A DNA stretch of 63,041 nt, the filler included. It is 15 parts of 15 records of this genome, joined end to end, with 100 filler letters (N's around TTAATTAATTAA, not from the genome) between each part and the next. Parts side by side here need not be neighbours in the genome. Positions count along the whole stretch, not along the records: positions 30,893 to 36,124 come from SRR11831586_2078; positions 36,225 to 39,301 come from SRR11831586_2086; positions 39,402 to 41,971 come from SRR11831586_2088; positions 42,072 to 45,781 come from SRR11831586_2090; positions 45,882 to 47,933 come from SRR11831586_2096; 10 more parts are not named here. One strand, 5' to 3'. Below, in pieces: positions 34,301-46,086 of the stretch. The position numbers were made by a program, and so were the translations under genes. The notes under the pieces were generated by a model. The model did not search any database. It saw nothing but the letters and a program-made list of their open reading frames with translations, and was not told the origin of the DNA. Positions within the stretch are counted from its first letter, which is position 1, and each line of letters starts with the position of its first letter.

Positions 34301-36109
34301 GCGCCGCCCATTGCCCCTGGTTCTCCGCACGATGCAGCACAAGTAGTGACGGACGCGATGTTTCACGAAGCAGAGAAGTTCATTAAACAGCAACAGACCC
34401 TTGCGCACAACGCCGCGTGCGTCCGCATTGGCAATCAGAATGAATCGCAAGATGATCTCCGCGCGATGGTGTGCCAGCTGAACGAGGAGCAGACAGACAG
34501 CATCAGGCTCGTTCTCGACTCGATCGACAGAGGGGAACCGCTGAAGGCAATCGTGCACGGGCCCGGCGGTGTGGGTAAATCGTACCTGATCAAAACGTTA
34601 GAAAAACTGGTGCAACTGCGCTTCCACGATGCAAACAACAGTGCGAGCGCACCAGTCGTGAGGAAGATGGCGCACACAGGCATCGTCGCTGCGCGCATGC
34701 GAGGTACAACGCTGGTGCACGGACTGTCTCTTCCCGCAATGCGGAATAGCTATAGCCCCAGCGACTTGGAGCTGCGCCAACGCCACACGCTCCACCAGCA
34801 ATGGGCAGATGTTCGACTGCTGATTGTGGACGAATTCAGCTTCATCTCCGTCAACCTTCTGGGTGCCATTAGCATTCGGTTGCAAAACATCTTCAACAAC
34901 ACAAAAGACTTCGGCGGCGTACCGATTCTCTTCCTGGGCGACATTGCGCAGATCGCCCCGGTCATGGGGACGTCACTGGCTCGGTGTGCAATGCTCTCAC
35001 CCAATGAACGCAACCTCGTGACACTGGAGGGCGCGAGGTTATGGCTTTCCATCGTCGATGTCGTCGAACTGCACCGCCCCATGCGGCAGCGCGAGGGTGA
35101 CGACTTCGCACTCCTGTGTCGCGCTCGTTTCGCTCAGCTCACCACCGCAGACGTCGACACACTGTCGCACTGTGTGCTGCCGGATCCCCCAGACCGTCTC
35201 AGCGAGTGCGTCTCCGACACAGCACCGTCACACGCCACGTGGATTCTGGGCCGCAACTGCGACGTCGCTTGCCGCAACCGGAACTACCTGAGCTTGCTGC
35301 CCACACAGGAAGCTGTGCTACGTGCCGTTCACCACCCCACAAAGGCCACTGCGCGCTTGCGCTTGAGTGCCGACTCCATGAGAGCCGCCATGCAGCTGCT
35401 CACCGATGGTGAACACAATAATAATGAAGACAGTATTAACAGTGCCAAGGAAACAAAGAGCAAACTTTCCTCCCAATTCACGTGCAAAGTCGGCTCGAGA
35501 GTCCGATTGACCACCAATCTATGCGTGTCCCTGGGTCTAGCAAACGGTGCGATGGGCACGGTCACCGGCTTCCTTGTGAACGCTTCCAAGAGCTGGCACC
35601 ACAGCACGAGTTCGACGCAGCACGTGGCCATGCAGATGCGCGGTACCGCCGCCCTACCGGCTGTGTTGGTCTCGTTCGACGAAGACTGCTATTTCGGCTC
35701 AAGCTGGAGCGACGACGCCCCAAGGGTTGTACCTATATTTTCGATTTCGGTAAATGTGTTCGTCAACACCCGCTCTTTCGTTCGCGAGCAGGTGCCCTTG
35801 GTGCTTTGCGCCGCGCAGACGATCCACACGTGTCAAGGCTCAACACTTCCTGCGGTCGTCACCAAACTGAACGGCCTCTGGGAGGCAGGCCAAGCGTACG
35901 TAGCGATCAGCCGTGTCACCGACCTGCGTAACCTGTACTTGCTAGCTAGCTGTGGCGACTCCGCCGAAGCAGTCAACGCAGTATTCAACCCGCGGCCAAA
36001 CGTGTTGGCCGCAATCGTGGCCGAGAACGCCAGACTGGCGGCCTTGTCACAGCTGACAAAGTGCCGCTTGTCAGATGTAACGGTGGAGTTAATGTCTGTG
36101 AGGTCGTAA
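31364..36109 (+). CDS. Helitron RepHel transposase (HUH endonuclease plus Pif1/SF1B helicase), 1581 aa ORF
   Basis: DUF6570-like region (PMFSKLNG..VPTEL..LT..E..WLKRNNPLY); Rep motifs TWFVTLS (32615), ECQGRGQLHVH (32858), YTAYYASK (33398); helicase GPGGVGKS (34559), IVDEFS, FGG..GDIAQIAPV, MRQ, GLANGAMG, TIHTCQGSTL, AYVAISRV. Confidence 0.92.
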   Translation: MLLSSLHSRCYKDLLAKKLPMFSKLNGFDVGEVPTELSRLTQIELRLISLFIPLVNIYKPNDNVTLPSGKGACVTVRQDVQAVVTKLPRRLEDAGLFFARIPRAGQTPPLVFPVNPCHLRAALIWLKRNNPLYREIVIDEQLLEEMQRTDRPTSLPEITLPEPVTVNETANTPTTTTSTAGGEPHDERSARGDESDSDYDTEEEEQVPLQDTEEQQTLSDEWAHTFVCTSASPDDEISNAINRLRVRRTQFVDFPVGTSSQTVYAYQDSQIDVKAFVGLFPYGRGGVTDSARKVTVNASQYYTHLLKLSERRFAQCPTFIFWALSTEQVQKVMGVAVVASERHHLENMTVEQMQHYAAHTTNNGALQYDWEKFASWLQKKLKPYCQQVPISPLFWRQKADDLQRMIDSGPLLPVKVPTWFVTLSVADTHWMDIARLCRPELDNAALSQLTGTDRYHLVRDNPDIVARFIHKRFQSFMHNILNGQSKPLGTITDYWWRWECQGRGQLHVHMLLWSDPCYPTGTHADESTAGALNQTAHMETICTAVVHTSGPGNTGVIQPVARGSIHPCKKLTPEVLLSDPAAQSDLDELISFVQIHRHSQGCFKKCSHNAPKVCRFELPRQPRQRTYVGFSMRKGVRRFRVRTPRQNSWVVAYNRTILRAWRANCNIDFCGDARGAAVYTAYYASKHDKTPSFRDQLHRALATIQPEDTTVRSCLQQVARISVRSQEVPLELAVWLLLRLPIFESSREVVPLSLLHESERDAPIQRNASDGSTSTTVSKHQRREHLYLQRPAALSDVSFYEFVAYYEVDNPLKTEPKSQPIARAHCSLLPDIPAWLAIGGSFLRRRHVPAVPAPFPAIRNTNPDDETYCDALLKLYVPHRSVDELKVQSQSSCATYAHIYPTLPPRIQTLIQHLEVTVAARSTGTERTQAERELVPDNEDALSDNDDLADPSGDMDRADLQRARPAMTADEWADSQMEDAPPIAPGSPHDAAQVVTDAMFHEAEKFIKQQQTLAHNAACVRIGNQNESQDDLRAMVCQLNEEQTDSIRLVLDSIDRGEPLKAIVHGPGGVGKSYLIKTLEKLVQLRFHDANNSASAPVVRKMAHTGIVAARMRGTTLVHGLSLPAMRNSYSPSDLELRQRHTLHQQWADVRLLIVDEFSFISVNLLGAISIRLQNIFNNTKDFGGVPILFLGDIAQIAPVMGTSLARCAMLSPNERNLVTLEGARLWLSIVDVVELHRPMRQREGDDFALLCRARFAQLTTADVDTLSHCVLPDPPDRLSECVSDTAPSHATWILGRNCDVACRNRNYLSLLPTQEAVLRAVHHPTKATARLRLSADSMRAAMQLLTDGEHNNNEDSINSAKETKSKLSSQFTCKVGSRVRLTTNLCVSLGLANGAMGTVTGFLVNASKSWHHSTSSTQHVAMQMRGTAALPAVLVSFDEDCYFGSSWSDDAPRVVPIFSISVNVFVNTRSFVREQVPLVLCAAQTIHTCQGSTLPAVVTKLNGLWEAGQAYVAISRVTDLRNLYLLASCGDSAEAVNAVFNPRPNVLAAIVAENARLAALSQLTKCRLSDVTVELMSVRS

Positions 36110-36224
36110 GTGACAGGGCCGGTTNNNNNNNNNNNNNNNNNNNNNNNNNNNNNNNNNNNNNNNNNNNNTTAATTAATTAANNNNNNNNNNNNNNNNNNNN
36201 NNNNNNNNNNNNNNNNNNNNNNNN

Positions 36225-37907
<1,683 letters not shown>

Positions 37908-37927
37908 ATGAGTAAAAAGGTAACAAT

Positions 37928-38431
37928 ATGACCGGTATGACGAATGTAACAAAGCTGGCCAGCGAGCCGTCAGGCCAGGAATTTCTGGTATTTACCCTTG
38001 GTGATGAAGAGTACGGTATTGATATCCTGAAAGTGCAGGAGATCCGTGGCTACGATCAGGTAACACGGATTGCGAACACGCCAGCGTTTATCAAAGGCGT
38101 CACGAATCTGCGCGGCGTTATTGTGCCGATTGTTGACTTACGAATTAAGTTCAGCCAGGTGGATGTGGACTATAACGACAACACGGTAGTTATCGTCCTG
38201 AATCTCGGACAGCGGGTGGTCGGCATCGTGGTTGACGGCGTCTCAGACGTGCTTTCATTGACGGCGGAGCAAATTCGTCCGGCACCGGAATTTGCCGTGA
38301 CGCTTTCAACAGAATATCTCACTGGACTGGGCGCACTGGGCGACCGGATGTTGATTCTGGTGAACATCGAAAAACTGCTGAACAGCGAAGAGATGGCGCT
38401 GTTAGATAGCGCGGCGTCAGAAGTGGCGTAA
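37928..38431 (+). CDS. cheW: Chemotaxis coupling protein CheW
   Basis: 167 aa; [15 protein letters not shown]. Confidence 0.98.
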
Positions 38432-38457
38432 TTCTCCCGATTTCCTCAATTGAAATG

Positions 38458-38490
38458 AACCCGATGATCTGCGCATCGGGTTTTTATTTC
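38458..38490 (+). terminator. Rho-independent terminator after cheW
   Basis: AACCCGATG-atctgcg-CATCGGGTT followed by a T-run. Confidence 0.8.
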
Positions 38491-38515
38491 AATTTCGCGG
38501 CGGTGGCATCAGCAA

Positions 38516-38542
38516 TAAAGTTTCCCCCCTCCTTGCCGATAA
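38516..38542 (+). promoter_or_regulatory. Sigma-28 (FliA) promoter of tar
   Basis: TAAA-N15-GCCGATAA, exact consensus. Confidence 0.92.
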
Positions 38543-38573
38543 CGAGATCAACTTGTTTTCAGGAAGGTGCCTT

Positions 38574-39301
38574 ATGATTAACCGTATCCGCGTAGTCACG
38601 CTGTTGGTAATGGTGCTGGGGGTATTCGCACTGTTACAGCTTATTTCCGGCAGTCTGTTTTTTTCTTCCCTTCACCATAGCCAGAAGAGCTTTGTGGTTT
38701 CCAATCAATTACGGGAACAGCAGGGCGAGCTGACGTCAACCTGGGATTTAATGCTGCAAACGCGCATTAACCTGAGTCGTTCAGCGGTACGGATGATGAT
38801 GGATTCCTCCAATCAACAAAGTAACGCCAAAGTTGAATTGCTCGATAGCGCCAGGAAAACATTGGCGCAGGCAGCGACGCATTATAAAAAATTCAAAAGC
38901 ATGGCACCGTTACCTGAAATGGTCGCTACCAGTCGTAATATTGATGAAAAATATAAAAACTATTACACAGCGTTAACTGAACTGATTGATTATCTAGATT
39001 ATGGCAATACTGGAGCTTATTTCGCTCAGCCAACCCAGGGAATGCAAAATGCAATGGGCGAAGCGTTTGCTCAGTACGCCCTCAGCAGTGAAAAACTGTA
39101 TCGCGATATCGTCACTGACAACGCAGATGATTACCGATTTGCCCAGTGGCAACTGGCGGTTATCGCGCTGGTGGTGGTATTGATTCTGCTGGTGGCGTGG
39201 TACGGCATTCGCCGTATGTTGCTTACTCCGCTGGCAAAAATTATTGCTCACATTCGCGAAATCGCCGGTGGTAACCTGGCGAATACCCTGACCATTGACG
39301 G
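38574..39301 (+). CDS. tar: Methyl-accepting chemotaxis protein Tar, 5' part
   Basis: MINRIRVVTLL; TM1, periplasmic domain (RINLSRSAVR, YFAQPTQ), TM2, start of HAMP. Confidence 0.96.
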
Positions 39302-39401
39302 NNNNNNNNNNNNNNNNNNNNNNNNNNNNNNNNNNNNNNNNNNNNTTAATTAATTAANNNNNNNNNNNNNNNNNNNNNNNNNNNNNNNNNNNNNNNNNNN
39401 N

Positions 39402-39626
39402 CCCGTGCCGTACAGCATGAGCCGCAGCGGAGTCAAGAGCACACGCGAGCGATGCCCGCTCAACAAAGACTGCCCAGAGCGCTCGCAGGAGCACATGGAC
39501 TGCTACGAACATCACTGCGATGACGTGTACTGCGCAGACTGTAGCGAGTTTCACCAGCAACACTTTCACAAACAAGGTGGAATGGTGGACACGTTGAGGA
39601 AGTTGTACGGCGTCAAGGATGTATAG
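39402..39626 (+). CDS. C-terminus of a eukaryotic protein with PBZ-like CCHH zinc finger(s)
   Basis: RERCPLNKDCPERSQEHMDCYEH = C-x5-C-x6-H-x5-H, then a second C-x4-C-x6-H-x4-H; ends in TAG followed by GT-rich UTR-like sequence. Confidence 0.6.
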   Translation, partial: PVPYSMSRSGVKSTRERCPLNKDCPERSQEHMDCYEHHCDDVYCADCSEFHQQHFHKQGGMVDTLRKLYGVKDV

Positions 39627-40640
39627 GCGACCTGTGCTGTGTTGCTGCTGTCGTGCGAGTGTGAGACCACGAGAAGTGTAGTGAGAGAGGAAGGGTGTTG
39701 TTTCCTTGTCTCTGTTTCCTCATTAAAGGACATCTGTGATTGCATCCGGGCGACCGTGTATGAATGCGTCCATTATTGTTCACATACGTCAGTATGAGCG
39801 TTGTTGCGATTGTTTTGTGGTGTTGCTATTTGCTGTTGTCATTAGGTGTGTGTATGTGTGCGCGGGGTGCGTTCGTGCTGTGGTGGAAATCAGATTGGTG
39901 ATGTGATTATTTCACTGAGGGTACGTGTGGAACCACTATAGCTCTGAGCGACAAGACGAACCAGACGCAAAGCAGCAACCACCTACACAACAATCGCACC
40001 GACTTCCCTCCGAACGCCAAGATACCACGCGCAAGCTTTATGACAGGCTTAAGTATCAGACCTTGTGCGTGTGAACAGCGAATTTTTGTGTGACAGAAAC
40101 GAAATATACGTGAGTCAGTTGTATGTCCCTCACCAGTTACGAAGTACTCGAGTGATGTTCATAGATACGTGCTAACTTCAAGGAGATCATGTATTTATAT
40201 GATCCACGTGCTTAGCTGCACGGAGCGAAACAACCGCACAGAACGCAAACGCGCGAGAGATGGACAGGGATAACGACACGACCAGCACACACAGCGGACC
40301 AATCCGTTACGTAGACAGCGGCCACAAACAAGAAGCCAACACCACCAAGTATCACACACAAGCGGCTCAGCGCAAGAAAAAACAAACTGACAAGCCACAG
40401 CGCTCGAAAATAAAATTCCAAATCAAACGCACGTATAAACACAAATAGCTTGCGACCCTCATGGGGATCGCCCGATTAAAACCGATAGTACACACCACAC
40501 ACCGCCAGAAACCTGGGTGCGGAATACATATTGCGCCATAAACCATACACCATACACCAAGACAATTAATAGAAGCACCGACGAGTTCGTGTATGTCCAT
40601 ATGATCAGCTGAAAAAAAAACTGGATAACTGACATCCTGA

Positions 40641-41933
40641 CTAAGGGGTCGGCGCAGCACCCTCTCCCCATAGCAGCTGCACCAAGGCTGTGGCTTGTTG
40701 TCGTTCCCGCGAGCCCGGTTGCATCTCAGCCGCCAGTCCTTGCACCAACCGCACATCCAACTGTGACACACAAACATATACAGCGAATGAGTTCTAAACA
40801 CCCTTACTACACACGCGCGTGACACATACAGCATAACCAAAAGCCACGATACTGAATCATACATATGAGCATACAATAAGATACAAAGACGATATAAACA
40901 CAAACCGCGAACACACACGTCCACATACATTGTCCCGGCACACGCGCAGATTCGACGGGCAGTCCACACACAAATCCACCAGCGTCGTCACAATAATCGC
41001 CCTCAACATCACATCGCTCGTAGCCGCCAGCTGCATTCCAAGCTTCACCAAGCCCCCACACTCTCTCACGGCGTCCTGATGCGGCCGGTTCCCCGCGGAG
41101 ACTGCACGCAGAGCACTGCATGCGTAGACACCGCGTAAGGGGTCACCGGGTGGCCCGCCCAGCAGGTCAATCAGGGTGGGGATGCTGGAAGCGGCGGCGT
41201 TCTGATTCGGGACAACACGGTCCACACACTACAGAGACACACACGCAAGGGTTTGTCAGCATCGGTAGAGCAAAAAGCGGATACACAGGACGGAGAGAGA
41301 GAACACCAAGAGAAGTGACAATATATGCCGTATACGTGTCCTGGAGCGGTTAATTGAAATTGTTGTACATGGAGATGGTACACAAGCACGTACGGTAGCC
41401 AAGCACATCGCCGCCAGATTCCTCGTCTCATTCACACGCAGCAGCATTGTCAGTTTGCTGACAAGACCCAATGTGCCAAACGCTTTCATGTTTTCTTCGT
41501 TGGCGTTGCACAGTGTTGCAATCGCGACTAGTGCTTTCTGTCTCAGAGCCAGATCCTCGGAGTCTGTTCGTGGAGCAAAGAACAAGAGGTCAGAAAAACA
41601 AGCAAACACAGACTACAGAGAAACACAGAGATCGCGCGCAGCACGCAGAGCAATGGGAGTACGGAGGACCGCGATTAGAGCTACATAACATAAAGGCAGC
41701 CGAAAGAAGGACTATGCAGCAGCAGCACCACCAAATAACCACACAAACACCACAGCGCACACACAGCACACACCTAGAACGGTCAATAACAGCGGCAGGG
41801 CGCCCTGTTTTCGCATCTCGTTCTGGTTGTCAGGATGTGCGTCCACGATCTCAGCCAGCGCGTTGATAAAGCGCTCAGTGTGCGCGGTCCGTAGGAGAGA
41901 CACAATAATGGGGATGCCGTTGTTGCGGGAAAT
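40641..41933 (-). CDS. Armadillo-repeat protein, last 4 exons
   Basis: NNGIPIIVSLL, NQNEMRKQGALPLLL, ALVAIATLC..NEENM..GLVSKL, HQDAVRECGGLVKL; GT-AG introns; TAG at 40641-40643. Confidence 0.82.
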
Positions 41934-42071
41934 CTGTTGACCATACAACAAACACAGTTAGTTACGTAAAANNNNNNNNNNNNNNNNNNNNNNNNNNNNN
42001 NNNNNNNNNNNNNNNTTAATTAATTAANNNNNNNNNNNNNNNNNNNNNNNNNNNNNNNNNNNNNNNNNNNN

Positions 42072-42506
42072 TTTCTTGCGTAATGCAGCCGGTCGCCAGA
42101 ACAATTTAATACGACTTTGAATAGCGACCTGAAGTATCGCATGGTCGCTGCTTTTATCCGGAGCGGGAGGAATTTCGCGCATATTGTAGAAAAATAGCGT
42201 TTCGCGATCGCCAGGTAATTGTGTGGTTGAGGCTTGTTTCACAACCCGCACCTGCGATGTCGCTTTCGGTTCCAGACGTTGAATAGGGGGCAAAGCGACC
42301 AGAAGAGCATCGCTTTTCTCCCCTTTTTCATTTTCTATCCAGGAATAAGCAAGATAAGGCAGTTTGTCACTTTGGTTTTCGATACGCAGGCTGGTGGCTT
42401 TGTCATTGGCGTTAAACACAATGCGTGTGCGATCGGGTTGCACCGCAGCATTGCAACCCAAGCTGATGGTTAACAACATTAAGGGTAATCCTTTAATAAA
42501 TGTCAT
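42072..42506 (-). CDS. ybgP: Fimbrial chaperone YbgP, 5' part
   Basis: PapD-like: DRTRIVF, LPPIQRLEP, RETLFFYNMREIPP, IKLFWRP. Confidence 0.92.
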
Positions 42507-42520
42507 TCTCTTTTCCTTAA

Positions 42521-44977
42521 TTAATGACAAGGTAAAATCAGGCGTTTGGTCGTGTCTTCCAGACGTTCTGGCAGATGAATAATGCAGCTTTGCTCACCCC
42601 AGACCACGGTAAACAGTTGATTTTCAGCGACACCGCTTAACCAGGCATGTCCTTCCTCGCCAACCATACCCACGCTAATGCCGCTGTCATCCTGGCGGAT
42701 ATCCGCACCGAGGGGAGGGAACTGACCGCTGGCGTTGCGTATGATGACGTTAACGTCTTTACCGGAACGGGAAGCCAGTGATTTGTAACCTATCGCGCCT
42801 TCAATCCATGTTTCCTTGATGACGTTTTCTGCAACTGTTACGCCGTCGGGTAAGTCATTCATGTTCACCGCCACGGTGGAAGGCTGGTAACTGGAAATCA
42901 ACGGCACCACCGCAATGCCAAAATGGTTGGTGTAGTCGAGATTGCCCTGAACCGGAATATCTGCCACGCCATCGGTGCTGACCATCAGGCGTGGTTCATT
43001 GGTGGAGCTGCGGCGATGAAATGCTGCACCATATTGGGTTGCGGTGAAAGAACCGCTCCAGCTGCTGCTGACGGAACTGTAATCACTGGCGGCATAGGTA
43101 CCAGAAATATCCCACTCACCCGCTGAACTCAGGTGCTGATAGTTACCGCTCACCTGGGCTCCATTGTCCGGACGATCGGATTGCAGTCCGGCAGACATGC
43201 CCCAGCTATTACGTTCATCCAGCGTATCGTTCCACGACATGCGGTGTATGGTGCTGTGGCTACTGTTTTGCATGTCATAGCCAACCCGACCACCGTTACC
43301 GAAGGGGAGCGAAATCGACAGATAAATCTGGTTGTCGCGATCTTTATCTTCGTAGTGGGTCGTATTGAATGACGTCGAAATCGAGATATCTCTCCAGTCA
43401 CCAATATCAACATTAAAACCTGCTGTGATGTTGGCGGTCGTGGAGGCGTCTGCATTCCACCAGGTTTGATGTAGCAGGTTGGCGTAAAGATTGAGGTTTA
43501 GTGGGGTAATCGGTTGGCCCACGGATAAGCTGATCGTCTGTTTTTCGTCCTGCGCATCGCTGTCGTTGTATTTGTGATCCAGATAGTTGGCGTAGCTGTG
43601 AAAATGACGATCTGAGAAGCGATAAGCGGCGAGCGAAATCGTGCTGTTGGTGGCATCCACTTGTTTGCTGTAATTAAAACGGTAGCTTAAGCCCCGCTCG
43701 TCCTGCTGAGTATCAAAATGGCTACTGGCCCAGGTGACATCAAAGGACAGTGCGCCAAGCCACAGCATATTTTGCCCGATACCCATTGCGGCAGAATGGT
43801 AGTCATCATCAGAAATCAGCAGGCCGCCGTACAGCGAGGTGTTTGAGAGCATCCCCCAGGAAACTTCATTGCTAAAAAAGGTTTCATTTTCAGTTTGATG
43901 TGACATGGAAGGCCGTGGCTGACCCGCGGCCAATTTATAGCGAACCTGTCCCTGGCGAGTCAGGAAGGGCGTCGATGCTGCCGAAACCTGGAAATTGTTC
44001 ACCCGACCATCTTCTTCCGTCACTTTGACATCCAGCGTGCCCTGAACAGACTGATTGAGGTCATCAATAATAAACGGGCCTGGCGGGACTTTTTTCTGGT
44101 AAATGACGCGGCCTGATTGACTGATCGTCACCGTGGCATTGGTCTGTGCAATACCGCTAATTTGTGGGGCGTAGCCACGCAGCTCCCACGGTAACATTCG
44201 ATCGTCACTCGCCAGTGCCGCGCCGGTATAAGAAAAACCATCGAAAATATTGGAACTGAAATCGGTTTCGCCGAGGGTTAACTTAGAGCCTAATTGCGGT
44301 AATGGACGAAAAAGATAGGTGCGCGATATTCCGCCTGACTGGTCATGGTTATCTTCGCTATCGGTCTTATTAAGCTGGTAATCACTGCGTAAGCGCCATG
44401 CCCCGGCGTTAATTCCGGCGGTACCGTAGGCATTCAGGTTAGTGCTGCTGCTGCCGTCCTGTGGGCGGTAGCTGCTGGCAAACAAGTTGTAATCCATCAG
44501 GACACCGGCAACACCTTCTTTCCATGTAGAGGGGGGAGCCCAGTTTTCTGAGTGCCACGCCAGCCAGGCTTGCGGAATACTAATATTCAGTTGCTGATTG
44601 GCTTGATCGAAATTGAAGAGCATTTCAGGTCGGGAACTGAAATCAATACACCGATCTATCTGTGGCAAGGACTGACGGATATCTGGTTTTAAACCAAATT
44701 TATCGACCAGTGAATCATTGATGCATGGAATGGTTTTGTCACCCTTTTTTTGCCAGTTAATTTTTTGCCCATTACTGATTTTGTTGTTATTCACCGCAAC
44801 GCTAACAAAATATTCACCGGGAGCAATGACTCCTTTTTCCTTTAATAATGAAATATCAATGCGGTCGCGCATTGATTTATCGAGAACATTCAGATTGAAT
44901 TCGACCGCCATTGCGCAAGGCATCGCCATGACCAGGCAGGATACAAAAGAGAGTCGATAAATATTCACGGTGTCCAT
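42521..44977 (-). CDS. ybgQ: Fimbrial outer-membrane usher YbgQ
   Basis: About 818 aa; EFN..., PGEYFV, GINAGAWRLR, VPPGPFIIDDL, C-terminal Cys pair. Confidence 0.93.
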   Translation of the reverse strand: MDTVNIYRLSFVSCLVMAMPCAMAVEFNLNVLDKSMRDRIDISLLKEKGVIAPGEYFVSVAVNNNKISNGQKINWQKKGDKTIPCINDSLVDKFGLKPDIRQSLPQIDRCIDFSSRPEMLFNFDQANQQLNISIPQAWLAWHSENWAPPSTWKEGVAGVLMDYNLFASSYRPQDGSSSTNLNAYGTAGINAGAWRLRSDYQLNKTDSEDNHDQSGGISRTYLFRPLPQLGSKLTLGETDFSSNIFDGFSYTGAALASDDRMLPWELRGYAPQISGIAQTNATVTISQSGRVIYQKKVPPGPFIIDDLNQSVQGTLDVKVTEEDGRVNNFQVSAASTPFLTRQGQVRYKLAAGQPRPSMSHQTENETFFSNEVSWGMLSNTSLYGGLLISDDDYHSAAMGIGQNMLWLGALSFDVTWASSHFDTQQDERGLSYRFNYSKQVDATNSTISLAAYRFSDRHFHSYANYLDHKYNDSDAQDEKQTISLSVGQPITPLNLNLYANLLHQTWWNADASTTANITAGFNVDIGDWRDISISTSFNTTHYEDKDRDNQIYLSISLPFGNGGRVGYDMQNSSHSTIHRMSWNDTLDERNSWGMSAGLQSDRPDNGAQVSGNYQHLSSAGEWDISGTYAASDYSSVSSSWSGSFTATQYGAAFHRRSSTNEPRLMVSTDGVADIPVQGNLDYTNHFGIAVVPLISSYQPSTVAVNMNDLPDGVTVAENVIKETWIEGAIGYKSLASRSGKDVNVIIRNASGQFPPLGADIRQDDSGISVGMVGEEGHAWLSGVAENQLFTVVWGEQSCIIHLPERLEDTTKRLILPCH

Positions 44978-45027
44978 ACCTGATAAATATTTTATGAAAG
45001 GCGGCGATGATGCCGCCAAAATAATAC

Positions 45028-45593
45028 TTATTTATAATCCAGCACGTAGGTTGCGTTAGCGGTTACTTCACCTGCCGTGACATCGACTGCATTATCAATT
45101 TGTTCCATCCAGGCGAAAAAGTTCAGCGTCTGTTCTGATGAGCTTGCATCCAGGTCAAGATCTGGCGCGGCTGAACCTAATACGATGTTACCGTCATTTT
45201 TGTCCATCAGTCGTACACCGACCCCAGTTGCTTCGCCTGCACTGGTGTTGCTCAACAAAGGCGTAGCACCAGTTGTCTTAGCCGTGCTATCGAAGGTTAC
45301 GCCAACTTTGGATACCGGCATTCCGCTACCGTTGTCAGAAGCAGGCAGATCACAGTTGATCAAGCGAATGTCGACGGCCACTTTATTGCTATGATGCTCC
45401 CGGTTTATATGGGTTGTCGTGACTTGTCCAAGATCTATGTTTTTATCAATATCTTCTGGATGAATTTCACAAGGTGCTTCAATAACCTCCCCCTTAAAGT
45501 GAATTTCGCCAGAACCTTCATCAGCAGCATAAACAGGTGCAGTGAACAGCAGAGATACGGCCAGTGCGGCCAATGTTTTTGTCCTTTAAACAT
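45028..45593 (-). CDS. ybgD: Fimbrial subunit YbgD (1-nt deletion in an A-run near the start)
   Basis: GEIHFKGEVIEAPC ... ANATYVLDYK; ATG at 45593 is out of frame by one base in the A-run at 45576-45580. Confidence 0.9.
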
Positions 45594-46086
45594 AACAGAG
45601 TCCTTTAAGGATATAGAATAGGGGTATAGCTACGCCAGAATATCGTATTTGATTATTGCTAGTTTTTAGTTTTGCTTAAAAATATTGTTAGTTTTATTAA
45701 ATGCAAAACTAAATTATTGGTATCATGAATTTGTTGTATGATGAATAAAATATAGGGGGGTATAGATAGACGTCATTTTCANNNNNNNNNNNNNNNNNNN
45801 NNNNNNNNNNNNNNNNNNNNNNNNNTTAATTAATTAANNNNNNNNNNNNNNNNNNNNNNNNNNNNNNNNNNNNNNNNNNNNGGAAGGATTTGTTGTGTGT
45901 GATGCTTGTGAGGACTTGTGTGCTGTGCCGTTTCGTGCCGTGCCTATTTGCTGTGTGTTTATGACTCTGTTCTGCCATTTACTCGGATCGAGAGTGTGCG
46001 TATATATGCGCTGTCCACCATCCAATGGTCTTACTCCTTCACCTTCGTTCTTCTCACTCACTCTCACACACCTCTCCCCGCCGCAG

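Larger units (their letters stand above)
30893..36124 (+). mobile_element. Helitron-like rolling-circle transposon, coding region only (termini not in contig)
   Basis: Whole contig is an intronless Rep-helicase coding region. Confidence 0.88.

Noticed and set aside
36110-36124. Helitron 3' terminus (hairpin plus CTRR)
   Set aside because: Contig ends 15 nt after the stop codon; no terminal structure visible
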